Below, piece after piece: positions 59,901 through 64,000 of a stretch of DNA of 64,000 nucleotides. The number at the start of each line of letters is the position of its first letter. Position 1 is the stretch's first letter. This DNA comes from Lama guanicoe (Eukaryota). The stretch covers positions 2,137,717 to 2,201,716 of the forward strand of contig MU056898.1 of NCBI GenBank assembly GCA_013239625.1, written 5' to 3'. The notes below the pieces were generated by a model, which was not told the DNA's origin, searched no databases, and saw nothing but the letters and a program-made list of their open reading frames with translations. Position numbers and translations under genes: made by a program.

Positions 59901-61734
59901 TTTGCAGAGAAGGGCCCTGGCGCCAGCACGTGCCTGTAGCCCCGGAGATACGGGAGGAATGAGCGGGCTCTCTGGACAAGCCTGCGCTCGCCGGCCCACC
60001 TGCGCCTGCTTTGCTGACCTGGACGGCACCCGGCTCATTGTCCTCGCCTGTCAGTCAGGCTCCCTTTACTGGCCTCTCCTGCTACTTCAGAGGCCGTCAG
60101 CTGTGACTTACAGTGAAAACCGTCTTCTGTTTGACAGGGAGGGGGCGGAAATCACTGTGAACAGAGAAGGGCAGGCTACACAAGTGACTTGTCACCGGAG
60201 ACCAGGGGCTGAGCCCTGAATCAATTCCCTTGGTAGCCTGGAGCTCGGGGTCCCGCCCTCCGCGGCTCCTGCTCCTCCGAGGCCCAGCTACACCTCTTCT
60301 GGGGCTGCTGTCTCACCCAGGGGGTGAGCTCGCCCCTCTCTCCTCAGCGCATCCCTGCCCCGGAGCGCAGGCCTGGCCGTGGTGCCCCCGGATCCACAGC
60401 ACAGCCCGGGGCTGCTCCCTCCCCGACCAGTGCCGGTCGCAGGGGCCACGGAAGGGCCCGGCCTGGCCGGAGTCCCAGGCGAGTCTTACAGAGTCAGGCC
60501 CCGGGCCAATTGTTTTACGAGACTTACCGCATTTAATTCTCACAACCCCCAGAAGTAGGTGCCCCAGTGCCCACATAGAGCAGCTTGCCTCGGGGTACCT
60601 CTGGCCAGTGATGGGGACTTGAGTGTTCTGGGCCACAAAGCCAGGTCCCTTCAGCTCTATGCCAGGTGCCCCCCAGCAAACCCAGACATCCGATTTTCTA
60701 CTCAGAAAACCCTCCCCTTGTCCGTGCAGTCAGAGTGTGTGTTTGGGGAGGAGAGGGTGGGACAGAGGCTTGGAAATCTGCTTAAACGAAGAGACACTGG
60801 GGTGGGGTGGAGGCGGGGAATTGGGGCTTCTGAGGTATGGAGCCCTGTCTGGGGTCTCTGAGGATGTGACAGCATCCCTTCTGTTCCAGAACGGGGCCTT
60901 GAGTTGGGGGCTGGCCGAGGGGCTCTGCCTGGGCAGGTGGAGGGTCCCGGCCACTGAGCTGGGGGTCCCCAAGGGGCTGAGCCTCACCCGGCCCTGCAGG
61001 TGGGACACACGGTCCTGTTCCACAGATGGAGTGGGTAGCGTCAGCCTGGGTGACTCCTCTGTCTGTGCTTCCGTCTGTCCATCCCTCCCCGCTGCAGACC
61101 CGCCTGGTGCAGCGCCTCCAGGAAGATTTGTGGGATGAATCTGCTGCGTCTCCATACTCCCTTGCTGGCGTGGAGCGTGGAGGGCAGGCCTGGGTGGTCC
61201 CGGGCACCTGGGGGCCTCCCCAGGCCCCGAGCAGAGCCCAGCGGCTCTGTCTGGCCTGTGCTGGTCTGTGCCACAGCCACTGTCCTTTGGAAAGCACGTG
61301 GCGCTCAACCCCCCCACCCCTGCGCAGTCATCTGGCAGGATGGCTCCCAGGAAGGGGGCTGAACCTCTGGCCTGGGGAGGGGCTGGCTCTGCAAGCCTGC
61401 CTGGCCTGCCTCACGGCTGAGGGCCAGGGCCGGGTCCAGGGAACTGGAGCTGCCCCTGTGGGCGCGGCGCGTCCCCAGGGAGGGTGCTGGCCGAGCCCAC
61501 CATGTGCCCTAGGTCCCTCCAGGCCCTGCCAGGCCTTCCTTCCTTCCTGCCCCTCATCCCTGGGCCAAGCAGTCAGAGCCGGGCTTGGGGGTCAGGGGTC
61601 AAGGGTCAGGGGGTGTGACTTTTCTTAGCAGTTCTGTAGAGTCACCCCCAGGACAGGCTGACCTGCAGCGCTGCCCTCAGAGCTGGGCCCGGCAGAGTGA
61701 GCAGGAAGGGGATCCGCAGGGCTGGCTGCACATG

Positions 61735-61810
61735 TTCCCGTGACCCTCAACTTTCTTCTGAGGGTCAGAGAGGTGAGGTGACTTGCCCGAGGTCACACAG
61801 CAGCGCGGGG
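61735..61810 (-). mobile_element. MIR fragment
   Basis: CTGAGGGTCAGAGAGGTGAGGTGACTTGCCCGAGGTCACACAGC. Confidence 0.6.
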
Positions 61811-64000
61811 GGTGAGCTTTGGCCCACCTAGCTCAGGTCAGGTTGGGCTGGGGTGGGGCTCGTTTACCTTTGCAGCCCCTGACGGCCTCGGCCGAGTGAG
61901 CTCCCTGCTCTCTCATTCAGGCTCAGCTCCTGCCCCGCACACACCGCCTGAGGGTGGCTGCACTGTCCAGCCTTCATGAACGGCCCCACTGCCCCCCAGG
62001 ACCTGGACCGTGGATCCCAGACCTTGGAGCCCCAGCCACTAGCTCCCCAGTAGGTAGTCCCTGGCGTGGCTCTCAGGCCCACTGACTGCTGGGCCCTGGC
62101 CCCAGCCTCCACCCCACCGCTGGCTCCAGCTCCCTTCCCCGGCCCTACCCCCAGCGGCTCACCGGAGCCTCCGTCCCTTTCCAGCTCTGCAGCTCTCTGC
62201 TGTCCCTGGCCCAAGTCTTTCTTCCCAAGGACCACGGGACCTGGGGAGGCTGCCCAGTCTAGGGGCACGGGCGCCGGCCTCCCTTGGAGGCCACACAGTA
62301 CTCAGATGTGGGGCCAGAGACGTGTCTGGGCCCGTCGGGAGAGGGCCAAGGCTGTCCAGGCTGCTGGTCCCTTTGTTTGAGTCCCCCCCTACCCCTGACT
62401 GTGTGGCCGACCCATCGGAGGCAGGAAGCTTCCGTGTGGCCACTCGCGTTATTGGGAGGTCCAGCTGCTTCCCTCCGGCCGGTGTCTGCTGGCCGTGGCC
62501 TTCTGTCAGAGGTGAGAGGGCCTGGAGGCAGAACGAGAGGAGTCCAGCCTTTGCCTCCATGTCAGCCATCTTTGCAAAGTTCCTGAGAGCTGGGCTGGCC
62601 TTGGAAAGACAGCTCCCTTTCTGGAGACGCAGCCCCTGGCGAGGCCCTGCTGTACATCAGTGGCAGAGAGTGGGCAGGCGGTGCCTGGGCCTGCAACTGC
62701 GAGACCTCCCTGCTCAGCCTGCAGGCTGCTCGGCTGCTCCCTGGAGCCTCCGGGCCTGACCTCGTCCCCCAGCGCTGGCTGGTGCAGCGACACCTGCTCA
62801 GGTGAGCCTTGGAGGAGTCGGCCTCTGCTAACCTGCACAGGCGGCGTCCCTTGTTGGAATGGCTGCCCTGATGGGGTCTCTGCGGACCTCGCTCCAGGCC
62901 CGGGGTGGGGGGGTGTCTGCCGACTTACACACAGTCAGCGCCACCCCCTGTGGCCCCAGCGTGCAGGGAAGACCACAGTGGGGCCCCCACGGCACCGACC
63001 CTGCAGATGAGACGCGAGAAGGGCGCCCAGCTCTGACCCCAGCGCGGCCTCACCAGGAACTGGGAGGTGGGTTTTGAGTGTTGATGACGTCCGTTTCTAA
63101 GAAGCTGTCCATTTGTATGTTCGCGTAATTTACTGTTTAGTGACGATCCTGTTTAGCCCCCAGCTCACTCCACGCCGGCCACCGCTTGTGCCCCAGCTGA
63201 GAGTGTGGGCCTGGTCAGGGCAGCCACGCTCAGCCCGGGGCGGAGGGCCCCTGCTCTCCCAGGGCCCAGCCCTCCCCTCAGGACTAGGGGTCCCACCTGG
63301 AGCCCACGCCACCTGCTCTGGCCCACATCCTGGGTGCCAAGACCCTGGCACCCACACCCAAGTGGCTGAGTGACTTGCCTCCTCGCCGCCCCCTCTTGAG
63401 GGGCCAGGCCACTGGGCTGTTCAGCCCCAGACGTGAGGGGTGACTGACCAAGGGGCAACTCTGTGGGGGTGCAGCCGGGCACGGTCACTGGGAGCTGGGC
63501 ATCTGGGGGCCCGCACATCCACTTGCGACAAGGGACCCAGCTGGAGGGGCGTCTCGAGGGGGAGCAGCATGAGGCCACATTTCGTCAGGGACCCCAGAGT
63601 TGGAATCTGACCTCCAGGCCACAACTGGGTCTTCTGTAGTGGGGACAGAACCACATTGTGCTTCACAGTTACCACCGAGGAGCCCCAGCCTGGGCATCTG
63701 CTTGGAGTCCAGGCTTGTGGGGAGCACAGAGGACCGCGCTGGGGCTCGGATTCCACCACCGAGGGCCGAGGGGCTCAGTTGCCGCCACACAGCCTGTCTG
63801 TCTGCAGGGGGCAGAGGGCAGGGCCTTCCTCTCTGCACGAATGTGGCCCTGGTCCCAGCCTTCTGACGGCCAGCGGTGTCCTCTGAGTGTGCCCGGCAAT
63901 GTGCTAGTGCTGGCTGAAACACTCCGAAGCCCTGTGGCTGCTGCGTCAGGGTTGGGCCCGAGAGGGCGATGGATGCTCAGAGAACCGTTTACCTCGCATG

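Noticed and set aside
24600-64000. Hundreds of 60-294 aa ORFs downstream of PDGFA
   Set aside because: Mostly non-ATG starts, overlapping in all six frames, P/G/R/A/S-rich, with no recognisable domain or consistent exon chain; expected in GC-rich DNA

Overview
Very GC-rich mammalian genomic DNA carrying the complete platelet-derived growth factor subunit A gene (PDGFA) on the + strand. Exons 2-7 can be read directly and have canonical GT-AG boundaries: 7677-7773, 12465-12569, 14102-14289, 20022-20148, alternative exon 6 at 20680-20748, and exon 7 from 22518. Most of the signal-peptide exon 1 and the core promoter lie in three N gaps inside a large CpG island; only the last 7 coding nt and the donor at 6203/6204 are visible. 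If exon 1 has the usual 63 coding nt, the exons give the expected 196-aa short isoform (...DVR*) and 211-aa long isoform (...GRRRESGKKRKRKRLKPT*). In the ~40 kb downstream of the gene I see no credible protein-coding gene, only ancient repeats (L1, L2, MIR, MLT1, MER3/MER33/Charlie), tandem repeats and several AT-rich, motif-dense islands that look like enhancers. The best leads are: (1) an upstream in-frame candidate first exon (ATG 4543, perfect donor at 4614/4615) that would replace the signal peptide and, with the basic exon-6 tail, could give a non-secreted or nuclear PDGF-A; (2) an internal exon-6 donor predicting a third C-terminus, GRRRESDVR*; (3) a 5'-leader uORF with three in-frame ATGs; (4) a perfect 40-bp direct repeat and a UG/CA hairpin in intron 6; (5) a GC-box/MEF2-TATA/E-box promoter-like cassette at ~46.5 kb. 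Repeat family names and comparisons with human come from recall, not from a search, and need checking.
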